Below the pieces are notes generated by a model that saw nothing but the letters and a program-made list of their open reading frames with translations, was not told where the DNA came from and searched no databases. The translations under genes and the position numbers were made by a program. A stretch of 57,098 nucleotides of DNA from Desulfobacterales bacterium (GTDB lineage: Bacteria; Desulfobacterota; Desulfobacteria; Desulfobacterales; UBA11574), in NCBI GenBank assembly GCA_049583675.1, contig JBAUWG010000037.1:1-57098 (forward strand), given 5' to 3'. Below are positions 18,593 through 28,925 of the stretch, one piece after another (positions within the stretch are counted from its first letter, which is position 1; the number at the start of each line of letters is the position of its first letter).

Positions 18593-21500
18593 TTATTTGG
18601 GAGAAAAGGGCTGAATTATTTTCACCGGAAGCTGAAGCGTTCTTTTAACAATCCCCAGCAATCCCGATCCCACTGCGGAAACGGGGATCGGCGTAACATC
18701 CGGATTTTCAAGGCTGCCTTTTATTCCAACGGGAATAGAAATGAGGGATCCACCCAAGATATATCTTACGATGGGTATCTTCTTAATGAAAAAGTCTACG
18801 GTTTTCAATGGCGCAATCAGCGCCGTGACGTCCATTTGGTTGTTGACCAAATCGATATATCCCTGGCACACGATGTTCATCGAGTCGCCGTCGATAATCA
18901 TCTCGTTTAAATTTATTTTGCCGTGTTGAATATCTGCCTTCGCCCGAATGGAGTTATAGGCAAATCCTTTGTTTTCGATGTCCGGCAGTTTTTCTTTGAA
19001 TATATCCGTGACATTCAGCAGGCTGAAAATTTTGATCAATGTTCTGAAATCCCGGCCGGCATAAGAACGGCCTTTAGGCGCATAAAACGTTAAATCTCCA
19101 TGGATATTCTGCATCAATGTTTTGCCGGTTCCCTGCGCTTTAATATTTCCCTCAAGGTTATAATTTCCGACAATTTTTGCGGATTTATCCAAAAGGCATT
19201 GGATACTGGGATTGAGTTTTTGATTCTGGGCAAACGGTTTTACATCGATGGTCACATTCCAGGGCGAAATTTTTATCCTTCCCAAGGTTGTGACACCGCA
19301 AATATCGGCATCGGTAATGGAAACTGATGCGAATTTGTCATTAAAACGAACATCGGCTTCAAAGGGATGCCAGATAAACTTTCCAAAAGTTAATTTTTCA
19401 GTGATGACGGTCAAAATGCCTCGCACCGGAGAGCTCCATGATTTTTCGGCGTTCTGATGGTCTGTATTCTTAAGGTTTGCATCCAGAAGTTTTTTGAGTC
19501 GGTCGATATTAATCGTCTTTGCATAAAGTTTCATGGTCACTTTTGGCACGGCGGCCGACAAGTCCATCTTTCCTTTAAGATCGTACAGGTTGTCCGCCAG
19601 ATTCAATCTGGCGGATTCGATTTGCAGAATGTCTTTCTTCCCTGTCAACGATAGATCGTTAATGATCAGAGGCGGTATTGTTTTCCCTGAAAAAATAAGA
19701 TTTTTCGCCTTAAGTTCACCTTGAAATTTTGAACGCAAAGGATGCGCCAACAACACATGCGCACTAAAATTTCCCTTCATCTGACCTTTAAGGATTTCAT
19801 TTTTTACCAGAAGACGGTCTATAGACGCCTGTTTTATATTTCCGGCAAAAAATACGTCCACCGCCTGATTCTTTTGAATCAGTTTAATGGAAGCATTGGA
19901 CATCTCATCCTGAATGGTTAGATTTTTAAGGGTTAGTTCGCCGGGATTTATCAAAAGATCCATGGAAATTTTTTGTCCTTTATTTACGGACAGATCTCCT
20001 GAAAAATCGATGTGTTGCTGATGGTTCCAAGTCAGATGCGCCGTTGAAACCGATACCGGCGGCTTAAACCGGAAACGAGGCGACAGCTTCAATGTGTCTT
20101 CGATCCATCCGGTTGCATCCGGCCCCGTTTCTCCTTGGAAGGTGAGGTCAACACCGCTGAGTCCCTTTGAATAATCTTTCAAAGTTCCGGAAACGGTCAA
20201 CAATGCGTCCAGGATGTGGGTCTGAAAACCCCTCATGATCATGTTTTCGGAATTTACGCTAAAATTTCCTTTTGATACTTCTAACGGCCCGGGTAATGGT
20301 GATGCATCAACAGCTATGTCCTGAACATTGCCGGCCATTTGAAACCGGTAATTTTTCGGTTCGAAAAATGGACCGTCCAAACGCATGGAAGCTAATTTTA
20401 AAACTCCCTTCATTCTTTTCACATTTTTGAGTTTTTCAGAGATCGTTTTCCAAGATTTAAGCCAAGGATATATCTCTTTCAAATCAATTTTTGAGCTGCC
20501 CGAGGCGATGCTAAGATGAGGTGTGCCGTTCCAGTCGACTTGTCCGGAGACTTCGGAAAATGTCAAGGTCCCCATACTGCCGCTCGCATTTTTCACGGCG
20601 GCGGTGGTTTCATTTAAAAAATATTGGCCGTTGTTAATGATTAAAGGGTAGGGAAGCCGCCGGTAATTTGCTGAAAGATTAAAATGGGAAATGTTTACAT
20701 TGCAATGAACGGATTCAATGCTTTCTCCTAAAATGAGCCTTCCTGTCGCCCTCCCTCTAACATGATCAATAAGTGAATTTTCTTTAATAAACGCTTTATT
20801 ATGAACCACGCGTTTCAAGATAGGCGGAAGTTGTGCCAGATCGGCCGAAAGTGTCAGATCAAGATGAAACGGCGCATCCTTGCCCTTAAGGCCCAATTTC
20901 AAGCTTCCGTCAAGACACTTTGAGCTTTTCATGCGTGCTTTGAGGGTCTTGCCGTACAGGATACCGTTGGAAATTATGGCGTCTCCTGCCACGTCCGATA
21001 AATCCAAATCAACTTTCGGGACGAAAATGTTTCCGTTCACCATCCGGCCCTTGATAATGATATTCTCCAATTCTCCCAGTTCTTCTAAAGATTTCCCATG
21101 GGAGGTTAGCTGAATCAAGGGGATTTCTCCGCTTTTTATAACATTAAAGATTTCGGTAACCTCCCGCGTGTCTCCGGCCAGATTAAGGACGGCTTTTCGA
21201 ATCGAATCGATATCCACTTCTTTGCCCGTTATTTGCAGGTTGAAACTTGATGATGTCGAAGACACGGGTTGATCAATATCGAGTTTGCCGGATACATCGA
21301 GATGGGGATGATTCAGCTTGAGATGTGCAACCGAAAAAGACAATCTGTCTTTAGATAAAAAAACCGATCCATTCAATGCGACACCTTGACAGAATTTGGT
21401 ATCGCAGCCGACGTCCAGATCGATATGATCTTGAAAAAGGTCCAAACCGGCATTAATATCCCGCAGCCAAAACACCGTTTTTTGTTGCTTGAAAATCGTC

Positions 21501-21994
21501 AGCCGAGCGGTTTTCATCCGGACATGGAGTCCTGCTGATTTTGATAATATTGCTGCCAGAACCGGTCCTATATTTTCTTCAATGGTTCTTAGGGAAAAAG
21601 ATTGATGATGGCCGGCTTGTGATTCCGGGTTTTGCTTAAGATGGACGTTAATGTCGGGTGTGTTAAAATCAATTTCGTCAAGTTGAAACTTTCCCGAGAT
21701 CAGCGGTATTACTTTTGGAGAGATCGTCACCGTTGCTATGGTTCCAAAGGTAGTTTCTGGAATGAAAAACCGGCACTGTTGAGCCAAGAGTTGAGGTCGC
21801 GGAAAAAAAGACACATCCAGCCGTTCAAAAGTGACTTTTCCGTTGATCGCTGAAGAAGCTTCGGCCTGAATTTTTTCTAAAATTTGTTTTTGATTGATCA
21901 GTTTGTCTGAAAATAAAACCAGGATGAAGACGAGCCCAACACAGAAGATAAAACAGGCGGCCGCCCAGAGGGATATCTTTTTGAACTGGGTCAT
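18593..21994 (-). CDS. AsmA-family protein, YhdP-like (large envelope-spanning protein)
   Basis: 1133 aa. N-terminal TM anchor (ISLWAAACFIFCVGLVFILVLF) followed by an AsmA-type N-domain. Long repetitive beta-rich body. C-terminal region of AsmA_2/YhdP type (GKINLNEMIIDGDSMNIVCQGYIDL...SIPVGIKGSLENPDVTP). Confidence 0.8.
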   Translation of the reverse strand: MTQFKKISLWAAACFIFCVGLVFILVLFSDKLINQKQILEKIQAEASSAINGKVTFERLDVSFFPRPQLLAQQCRFFIPETTFGTIATVTISPKVIPLISGKFQLDEIDFNTPDINVHLKQNPESQAGHHQSFSLRTIEENIGPVLAAILSKSAGLHVRMKTARLTIFKQQKTVFWLRDINAGLDLFQDHIDLDVGCDTKFCQGVALNGSVFLSKDRLSFSVAHLKLNHPHLDVSGKLDIDQPVSSTSSSFNLQITGKEVDIDSIRKAVLNLAGDTREVTEIFNVIKSGEIPLIQLTSHGKSLEELGELENIIIKGRMVNGNIFVPKVDLDLSDVAGDAIISNGILYGKTLKARMKSSKCLDGSLKLGLKGKDAPFHLDLTLSADLAQLPPILKRVVHNKAFIKENSLIDHVRGRATGRLILGESIESVHCNVNISHFNLSANYRRLPYPLIINNGQYFLNETTAAVKNASGSMGTLTFSEVSGQVDWNGTPHLSIASGSSKIDLKEIYPWLKSWKTISEKLKNVKRMKGVLKLASMRLDGPFFEPKNYRFQMAGNVQDIAVDASPLPGPLEVSKGNFSVNSENMIMRGFQTHILDALLTVSGTLKDYSKGLSGVDLTFQGETGPDATGWIEDTLKLSPRFRFKPPVSVSTAHLTWNHQQHIDFSGDLSVNKGQKISMDLLINPGELTLKNLTIQDEMSNASIKLIQKNQAVDVFFAGNIKQASIDRLLVKNEILKGQMKGNFSAHVLLAHPLRSKFQGELKAKNLIFSGKTIPPLIINDLSLTGKKDILQIESARLNLADNLYDLKGKMDLSAAVPKVTMKLYAKTINIDRLKKLLDANLKNTDHQNAEKSWSSPVRGILTVITEKLTFGKFIWHPFEADVRFNDKFASVSITDADICGVTTLGRIKISPWNVTIDVKPFAQNQKLNPSIQCLLDKSAKIVGNYNLEGNIKAQGTGKTLMQNIHGDLTFYAPKGRSYAGRDFRTLIKIFSLLNVTDIFKEKLPDIENKGFAYNSIRAKADIQHGKINLNEMIIDGDSMNIVCQGYIDLVNNQMDVTALIAPLKTVDFFIKKIPIVRYILGGSLISIPVGIKGSLENPDVTPIPVSAVGSGLLGIVKRTLQLPVKIIQPFSPK

Positions 21995-22160
21995 TGATAA
22001 ACTTTCTCTCCAATCATCAAAACAGACTTGGCACTTGAATCTCTTTGTGAAAATATGGGTATGATACCAATGAATGCGTAAAAAGTCGAATTCATCTTTG
22101 AACTATTTTTAAAGGACCGCCAGCCCTTATTCCGTAAAATTGCGCGATGGGTGAATATGC

Positions 22161-25100
22161 ATGATGAAAATCTTTAAACGGGCATCAATCGTCATTGGTT
22201 TTGTTCTCGCCGTTGTTCTTTTGGCGATGCTGGGGATTCAGCTTTGCCTGAATACGGAGCAGGTCCAGGAGAAAATTCAGGAAAGGGTGAATCTGGCAAT
22301 CCCCGGGACATTGGCATGGAGATCCAATAGATTTTCCATTCTTCGCGGTGAAATAGAATTAAAACATGTGCGGTTAACGGGACCTGATCATAAAACGGTG
22401 ATTGAGTTGGCCCGGTTTTTAATTCACATATCATGGGCCGGGCTTTTAAAAGGGGAATTGAGCGTTCATGATGTGTTGCTTGAAAACCCACACGTATATT
22501 TGGCTAAGGATCGTTCCGGTAATTTCAATTTAATTCAGGCGCTTTGCACGCCCGGGCATAGGCTATCGGAACCCGGTAAAAATGGCGGTCTCCCATTTAA
22601 TATTCTTTTCCGCCAGGTAAACGTCACGAATGGTTCCATTGAGTACCATACACCCGAAGAAGATGATGGAAACCGGGTCGACCGGCTGGAATTTCAGAAC
22701 GTGAATATTATGGTGGCGGACGGGAATCTGTTAAAACAAAGCGGCCGGATCTCTTGTCGGATTGCCAAGGGGAACATTCAAATTAAAGGTGTTCGAACCG
22801 ACATCGATCATTTATCCTTTAAAGCCAATGTCCGAAAAGACCGCATTTCCGGATTGGTTTTTGATATGACCGCGGATGGTCTTTATGCCCGCATCACCGG
22901 AACCGTCGAAAATCCCTTTTCAAACAAACCCATGGTGGATCTTCGTCTAAACAGCCGGGCTTCTATATCCAGACTCGGGCATTTTGTGGCGCTTGGGCCC
23001 GATTTTTCCGGAGAAATCCAGGCGGATTCGAATTTGGAAGGGACACTAGAAAATCCCGACGTCCGTCTGCAGCTTGGCTATAAAGGAGGGAAGCTTGCCG
23101 GACGGCAAATCCAAAGAATTCATTTGAAATGCCGTCTGAAAAACAAACGCTTGAATATCATCGACGCAAATGCGGATACCCCTTGGGGCCGGTTCGATAT
23201 CAAAGGTGATGTGGATTTCAGCAAGGCGCTTCCCGATGGCGTCTTGGCATCAACGCTCGCTGCAGATGCCGTATCCTACAAATTTTTAATCCGCCAGAAA
23301 GCCTCTCAATTGGAAAATATCGCGCCGGGCATATCCGGCGTAAAAGGAACCGTACACGCCGTCATTGGGATCGAAGGAAAGGGGATTGACCCGAAATCGA
23401 TCCGGGCCGAAACCACCCTCGAGCTTTACGCGGAGAAATTGACTGCTGCAAAAATGCGATCACCCGTTGACGTTCATGTAAAGGCACGGGCAGGCATGGC
23501 CAGCGGGCGCATCACGGTTCGAAATCTGGCGGCGGACACCCATGGCGTGCACCTTGAGATGACCGGCAGTTATGATATTAATTCGCGTCAGACATTGGCT
23601 CGTTTCGGACTAAATGCCCCTGATTTGTCCGAGATTCTTTTAAAACTGGGTGTTAAGGGTGTTCGCGGAATGGTGAATATAGCGGGCAAGATGTCCGGGA
23701 CCTTGAGCGCGCCGTCCATCGATGCCCGTCTAAAAGGAGAGCGTTTGAAATTCGAGGACGTCCGGTTCGATGCCGCCGAAGCGGATTTAAGGTTCTCAAA
23801 AGGGCGTCTTTCCCTGAACCGGGGGGAAATTACCAGCGGCAATTCCAAGGTTGAACTTACCGGAGACGTCCAAATCTTTGATCCCAGAAACCCGGGATCT
23901 CTCCACCATCCTGTTTTTACGGCCGCATTGACCGGCAGCAGCCTGTCTCTTAAAGATTTTGTCCAAGGCATGGCGGGAAAATTCGACCTGAACGGCCGTA
24001 TTAAAGGGGATATCGCCCACCCCATGGGAACATTTAAGGTTTATGGAGAAAAGGTCGATTTCGGCATCCAGAAGATCCATAGCGTTCGCCTGACATCGCG
24101 CATCGATGGTCACCGCATGGAGATCGAACCGTTAATGCTTGCCATCGCTGAAGGAGAAAAAATCGTATTAAACGGTTGGATATCCTTGGACAAACATTAT
24201 GAACTCCACATGGCCTCGAATGAAATTTCGATAAAAAACATTCAAAAATTAAGATTTCTAAAAACGAGCAGCGGAAAAATATCGTTTGATTTGGGAGGAA
24301 AGGGCGAATTTTCAAATCCACAATTAAAGGGGAAGGCGATTGTTGAAGATCTGACGTTTAATGGCCAAAAACTTGGAAAAATTCCCTTTAACATCGGCAT
24401 TGAGAACCGGACAGCATATATTGACGGCGGACTGAACTTTGACCTGAAGGCAACCTATGGATTGCAGACGCGATTTTTTTCAGCATCCGCACGTTTTGAC
24501 CATACGGTTTTGACGCCTTACTTACAGCTTGTCGGCAAAAAAGACATCAGCGGAAACATCACCGGGATCATCGATGTCAAAGGAGAATTCCGTGAGCCGT
24601 TAATGATTGACGGCGGGATCAAAATTGACCAATTGGCGCTGTTCTGGAAAAATAAGACGGTCATTACCGGCCGGGATCTTGGGGTATTCGTGAACAAGAA
24701 TGAAATCTCGATTCCGAAAATGCGACTCTCCTTACTCGAACACGGGCATTTCACGGTCTCGGGCACCGGGAAATTATGGAAAAATATCGATTTAAAAGCC
24801 GAAGGGATTATTCCTTTCAGTGTGCTTCCGATGTTCACGGATTCGATTTCCGATGCCGGCGGCAAGGCCCGGATTTCCCTTCATGTCGGCGAAAACGGCT
24901 TGCAGCCGACCTTTGATTTCGATGCGGACCTTGAAAACGGCAGCATCGTGGTCCCCGGACTGTTTCAAAAATTTCACGACATCAACGGTCACGTTCGAGC
25001 CACTCCCAAAGCGGTCACGTTTGACAATATCCAGGGAATGCTGGGCACCGGCCGATTCGGACTTTCAGGGGTCGTCGATCTTAACCGATATCGATGGACC

Positions 25101-26075
25101 AATATCGGACTCAAGCTGAAAGCGGACAACCTTCCCATTACGATTCCCGATCTGTTGGATGTCCGGTTGAGTTCCGAACTGGATGTTCGAGGTTCTCCGA
25201 AAAAATCTTTGATAAAAGGAGATGTTATGATTCTTGAAGGGAGGTATACCAAAGATGTTCGTTTGAACCCCATCGAAAGCATTGGCCAGGAATCGCGGGC
25301 AGCGCCGCCGCCAACGTCAAAAACGCCGTGGCCCATTTTCGATAACATGGGCCTTGATTGCAGAATCAGGTATAAAGACCCTTTTGTGGTCGACAATAAT
25401 ATCGCTTTATTGACGATCAAACCGGATCTTCATGTCCGCGGGACGGTAAACCAACCCCTGATTACCGGAAGAGCTGAAGTCGAATCTGGAACCGTATATT
25501 TCCGAAATAATGAATTTAATGTCAAAAAGGGGGTTTTGGATTTTGTCAATCCGTATAAGATCGAGCCCACGGTTGATATCCAGGGCGACGTTACAATCCG
25601 GACGTGGGCTATAACATTAAATGTCTCCGGAACACTGGGCAACCTTAAGTTTAATTTTTCTTCAAATCCATCAGAAAGCGAGCAGGATATTCTTTCTTTG
25701 CTGATCACCGGAAAAACCACGAAGGAACTCATTTCAGGACAAGGCGGTTCATTGCTCTCTCCGAAACAGATGCTGGCCGATGTTCTTGCCGAAAATGCTC
25801 AAAAAGAAATCAAGAATGCCACCGGTCTGGATATTGTGGCGTTGGAATATAATGGCGCAAATAACGGCGGGACGTCGGATGGGGTGAATGTCACTCTGGG
25901 CAAAGAGCTTTCCAAAAGGGTGGCGGTCAAATACGGCGCGCAGACCCAAAACGCAATGGTCATTCAGAAGGTTATCGCGGAATATAAATTTCTTGAAACC
26001 CTGCTAATCAACACTTTTGAGGATACCGAAGGAAATTATGGCGCGGGGATTCAATTCAGACTTGAATTCAGATAG
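22161..26075 (+). CDS. tamB: Translocation and assembly module subunit TamB (DUF490 family)
   Basis: 1304 aa. N-terminal TM anchor (ASIVIGFVLAVVLLAMLGIQL). Repetitive beta-rich body with recurring G(T/S)LxxP motifs. C-terminal DUF490-type end (...TFEDTEGNYGAGIQFRLEFR). Confidence 0.8.
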   Translation: MMKIFKRASIVIGFVLAVVLLAMLGIQLCLNTEQVQEKIQERVNLAIPGTLAWRSNRFSILRGEIELKHVRLTGPDHKTVIELARFLIHISWAGLLKGELSVHDVLLENPHVYLAKDRSGNFNLIQALCTPGHRLSEPGKNGGLPFNILFRQVNVTNGSIEYHTPEEDDGNRVDRLEFQNVNIMVADGNLLKQSGRISCRIAKGNIQIKGVRTDIDHLSFKANVRKDRISGLVFDMTADGLYARITGTVENPFSNKPMVDLRLNSRASISRLGHFVALGPDFSGEIQADSNLEGTLENPDVRLQLGYKGGKLAGRQIQRIHLKCRLKNKRLNIIDANADTPWGRFDIKGDVDFSKALPDGVLASTLAADAVSYKFLIRQKASQLENIAPGISGVKGTVHAVIGIEGKGIDPKSIRAETTLELYAEKLTAAKMRSPVDVHVKARAGMASGRITVRNLAADTHGVHLEMTGSYDINSRQTLARFGLNAPDLSEILLKLGVKGVRGMVNIAGKMSGTLSAPSIDARLKGERLKFEDVRFDAAEADLRFSKGRLSLNRGEITSGNSKVELTGDVQIFDPRNPGSLHHPVFTAALTGSSLSLKDFVQGMAGKFDLNGRIKGDIAHPMGTFKVYGEKVDFGIQKIHSVRLTSRIDGHRMEIEPLMLAIAEGEKIVLNGWISLDKHYELHMASNEISIKNIQKLRFLKTSSGKISFDLGGKGEFSNPQLKGKAIVEDLTFNGQKLGKIPFNIGIENRTAYIDGGLNFDLKATYGLQTRFFSASARFDHTVLTPYLQLVGKKDISGNITGIIDVKGEFREPLMIDGGIKIDQLALFWKNKTVITGRDLGVFVNKNEISIPKMRLSLLEHGHFTVSGTGKLWKNIDLKAEGIIPFSVLPMFTDSISDAGGKARISLHVGENGLQPTFDFDADLENGSIVVPGLFQKFHDINGHVRATPKAVTFDNIQGMLGTGRFGLSGVVDLNRYRWTNIGLKLKADNLPITIPDLLDVRLSSELDVRGSPKKSLIKGDVMILEGRYTKDVRLNPIESIGQESRAAPPPTSKTPWPIFDNMGLDCRIRYKDPFVVDNNIALLTIKPDLHVRGTVNQPLITGRAEVESGTVYFRNNEFNVKKGVLDFVNPYKIEPTVDIQGDVTIRTWAITLNVSGTLGNLKFNFSSNPSESEQDILSLLITGKTTKELISGQGGSLLSPKQMLADVLAENAQKEIKNATGLDIVALEYNGANNGGTSDGVNVTLGKELSKRVAVKYGAQTQNAMVIQKVIAEYKFLETLLINTFEDTEGNYGAGIQFRLEFR

Positions 26076-26084
26076 GAAAAATTG

Positions 26085-28916
26085 ATGCAGATGACAAGAC
26101 GGCGGCCCAAAGACCGGATAAAAATAATGGTGTTTTTGTGGTTTTTACTGATCCCTATCGCCGAAAACACTGCATATGCGCAAACGAAGAAAGCAGACGG
26201 ATCCGGACCCACGGTATCCCAGATCCTTGTCGAAGTTCAGGGGATAAAGGGAGATGTGCGCCCATGGGTTGATGTGGTAAAACATCTCATTTTTATCCAC
26301 CGGGGAGAACCGTTTTCAACGAAAGACTTCCAGAATTCACTTGAAGCTTTGAAATCGTCGAAAATATTCAAAGCCATCCATGTATTCGAAACATCCGCAA
26401 AAGACCATCAATTGGTGCTTCATTTTCAAGTAACGCCTTATCCTCGCGTCAGAGGAATTGATATCAGCGGCGAGTTCCCTTTATTGGAAAAAGAAATTCT
26501 CAGCGCCATGCAGCTCCGTCCGGGAGACGGGTATCACCCGGAAACGTTTTCCGCCAAAGAGGCTGCCGTTACCCGCCTTTTCAAAGATGAGGGCTATATC
26601 GCCCCGATGGTTCATTTCAATGTCAAGGAAGATCCTGCTGACGGAAACATGACGGTTTATGTGGATATCGACAAAGGTGATTTTTTTCATGTTCGACGAT
26701 TTGACATCAAGGGAAACCGGGCGTTTTCAACAACGCGTCTTAAATTTCGAATCAAAACGTTTAAATCGTGGTGGATTCCGGATTTTATGAGGCGTTTTAA
26801 GCAAAAAGAACTAAATGATGATATCAAAAATCTTATCCTGTTTTACCGGGGAAAAGGGTATCCCGACGTTGCGGTGAAGCATATTGTCAACAAGGACGCC
26901 AAGACTCATAATGTATTCATTTCTTTAAACATCGATGAAGGGCCCAGATATGATATTGAATTTCAGGGCAACACGGCGTTTGCAGGTTATCAGCTGAGAA
27001 AGGATTTAATCCTGTTTAAGCAAGGCAATGAGAACGATTTCGGTCTCGTCAAAAGTATGCGAAACATAAAAGAACGTTACCTTAAAGCAGGATATAAGGA
27101 TTGCCGGATAGATATGAAATCTGAAATCAATCAAAAAACAGACGGGGTGGTGCGAAAAATCCGCCTCGTCGTCGATGAAGGTCCGCAATACATTGTAAAT
27201 TCGGTCCAGATTACCGGCAACAAAGCCCTGGCTGCCCGGAAAATCAAGCAGGCGATTTTGACCCGGCCACCGGGAACTTTCAGAAAAGGGGCATTTGTTT
27301 CAGAAATCTTGGACGAGGACGACCGTTCTATTACAGCCCTTTACCAAAAGCTTGGATATGTCGATGCCACCGTAAAGAGTGACGCCCTATTCGTAAAAGA
27401 CATCACAGAGAACAAGGAATGTGTGAACGTTACGTTTAATATCTCGGAAGGTGTTAAAACCCGTGTGACATCCGTTGCATTCCCCGGCCTGGCGGCGTTG
27501 CCGGAATCCGAAGCCCTTCAAGCCATTGCATTGAAAAAGGGATCCGACTTCCGCCGCTACATGGTGCAAAGTGATGAAAATGCATTGGCTTCGAAGATTT
27601 CCGAAAAAGGATACCCCCGTGTCCGTGTAAAAGGAACGGCGACCATCACCAAGGACAATACCGAAGCGGCCATAACCTATAAAGTCGATCAGGGGTCTTT
27701 TGTCAAAATGGGTCAAGTCGCATCCATAGGAAATTTTATTACCCAAAACCGTGTGATACAAAATGAGATGGAACTCGAACCGGGTGAACCGTTTTCTCTG
27801 AAAAAATTGTTGCTATCTCAACGCAATATCCGCGACATTGGCGCATTCGATGCGGTTCGCTTTAACACTTTCGGCTTGGAGGATCAGTCGGACAGCGTAA
27901 ACCTGCTGACGAAAGTGGACGAAAAAAGGCCTTACTATATTCAGACGGGCGGAGGATATGATACCGAAAGGGGATTTTACGCAAACATCCTGTCCGGTGA
28001 CCAGAATCTTTTTGGGTTGAACAAGCAAATTTCCGGAGGCGGTGAAATCAGCCAGATCGGGTACCGGGGAGACCTGGGCTTCTCTGATCCCCGGTTTCTG
28101 GGAACTCGAATCACGTCGGCAGTGAACATGTTCAGTGAAAAGAGAGAAGCGTTTAATACCGATTTCGGCACCAGAGAAAAGGGCGTATCCGTCACCTTCA
28201 GCCGCAAATTTTTCCAAAAATTTAATGCAGGCCTCTCTTTTGTTTATTCATATATCAATACCTACCCGCGCGATTCGGCATCCATTTCCGCGAATGATGA
28301 AACGACATTCGAGTCCAGAGAAATTTTTACCATAAGTCCTTCCCTTGTCTATAACGACATCGATTCCTTTATCCGGCCGAGAAAAGGGCTTTTTTCTTCT
28401 TTGGTGCTGGATATTTCTAAAGATATTTATGATTCTCTGGATGATTTTTTGAGATATCGTTTCGAGATTCGAAAATATTATACCCCCATAAAAAATTTAA
28501 CGTTTGCCCTGCGGGGAAGGGTGGGGCATATTATTTCCTTCGGAGATGCGGCCCACATCCCCGAAGACCAGCTGTTTTTCCTGGGCGGCACATCCACGGT
28601 AAGGGGGTTCGACGAAAACCTGCTTCGATTTGACGCGGCCGGCAATGCCGTGGGAGGGTTAACGTCGATTTTGGGCAATATTGAAACCCGGGTCGGCTTG
28701 GGGTCTGATTTCGAGGTCTCTTTTTTTTATGATATCGGCAGCATCAGAAACGCTGTTGTCCACGAAGGCTCGGATGCGTTTCGTTCTTCCATCGGTATGG
28801 GACTTCACTATTTTACGCCTATCGGCCCGGTCGGTATCTATTATGGGCACAAACTGGACAGAAAACCCGGGGAAAGCGCCGGCCGTTTTCATTTAACACT
28901 CGGATTTAGATTTTAA
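26085..28916 (+). CDS. Omp85-family outer membrane protein (BamA/TamA-like) with extended POTRA region
   Basis: The tracked start is TTG 26082, with ATGs at 26085 and 26091. Signal peptide ...IPIAENTAYA|Q. About 550 aa of POTRA-like repeats, then a beta-barrel with an Omp85 motif (FLGGTSTVRGF) and a C-terminal aromatic residue (LTLGFRF). Confidence 0.85.
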   Translation: MQMTRRRPKDRIKIMVFLWFLLIPIAENTAYAQTKKADGSGPTVSQILVEVQGIKGDVRPWVDVVKHLIFIHRGEPFSTKDFQNSLEALKSSKIFKAIHVFETSAKDHQLVLHFQVTPYPRVRGIDISGEFPLLEKEILSAMQLRPGDGYHPETFSAKEAAVTRLFKDEGYIAPMVHFNVKEDPADGNMTVYVDIDKGDFFHVRRFDIKGNRAFSTTRLKFRIKTFKSWWIPDFMRRFKQKELNDDIKNLILFYRGKGYPDVAVKHIVNKDAKTHNVFISLNIDEGPRYDIEFQGNTAFAGYQLRKDLILFKQGNENDFGLVKSMRNIKERYLKAGYKDCRIDMKSEINQKTDGVVRKIRLVVDEGPQYIVNSVQITGNKALAARKIKQAILTRPPGTFRKGAFVSEILDEDDRSITALYQKLGYVDATVKSDALFVKDITENKECVNVTFNISEGVKTRVTSVAFPGLAALPESEALQAIALKKGSDFRRYMVQSDENALASKISEKGYPRVRVKGTATITKDNTEAAITYKVDQGSFVKMGQVASIGNFITQNRVIQNEMELEPGEPFSLKKLLLSQRNIRDIGAFDAVRFNTFGLEDQSDSVNLLTKVDEKRPYYIQTGGGYDTERGFYANILSGDQNLFGLNKQISGGGEISQIGYRGDLGFSDPRFLGTRITSAVNMFSEKREAFNTDFGTREKGVSVTFSRKFFQKFNAGLSFVYSYINTYPRDSASISANDETTFESREIFTISPSLVYNDIDSFIRPRKGLFSSLVLDISKDIYDSLDDFLRYRFEIRKYYTPIKNLTFALRGRVGHIISFGDAAHIPEDQLFFLGGTSTVRGFDENLLRFDAAGNAVGGLTSILGNIETRVGLGSDFEVSFFYDIGSIRNAVVHEGSDAFRSSIGMGLHYFTPIGPVGIYYGHKLDRKPGESAGRFHLTLGFRF

Positions 28917-28925
28917 TGGGTTGTC

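Noticed and set aside
22028-22043. TGGCAC motif in the asmA/tamB divergent region as a sigma-54 promoter.
   Set aside because: The -12 position reads TCTC rather than TTGC/GC at the required spacing. Only the -24 half matches.
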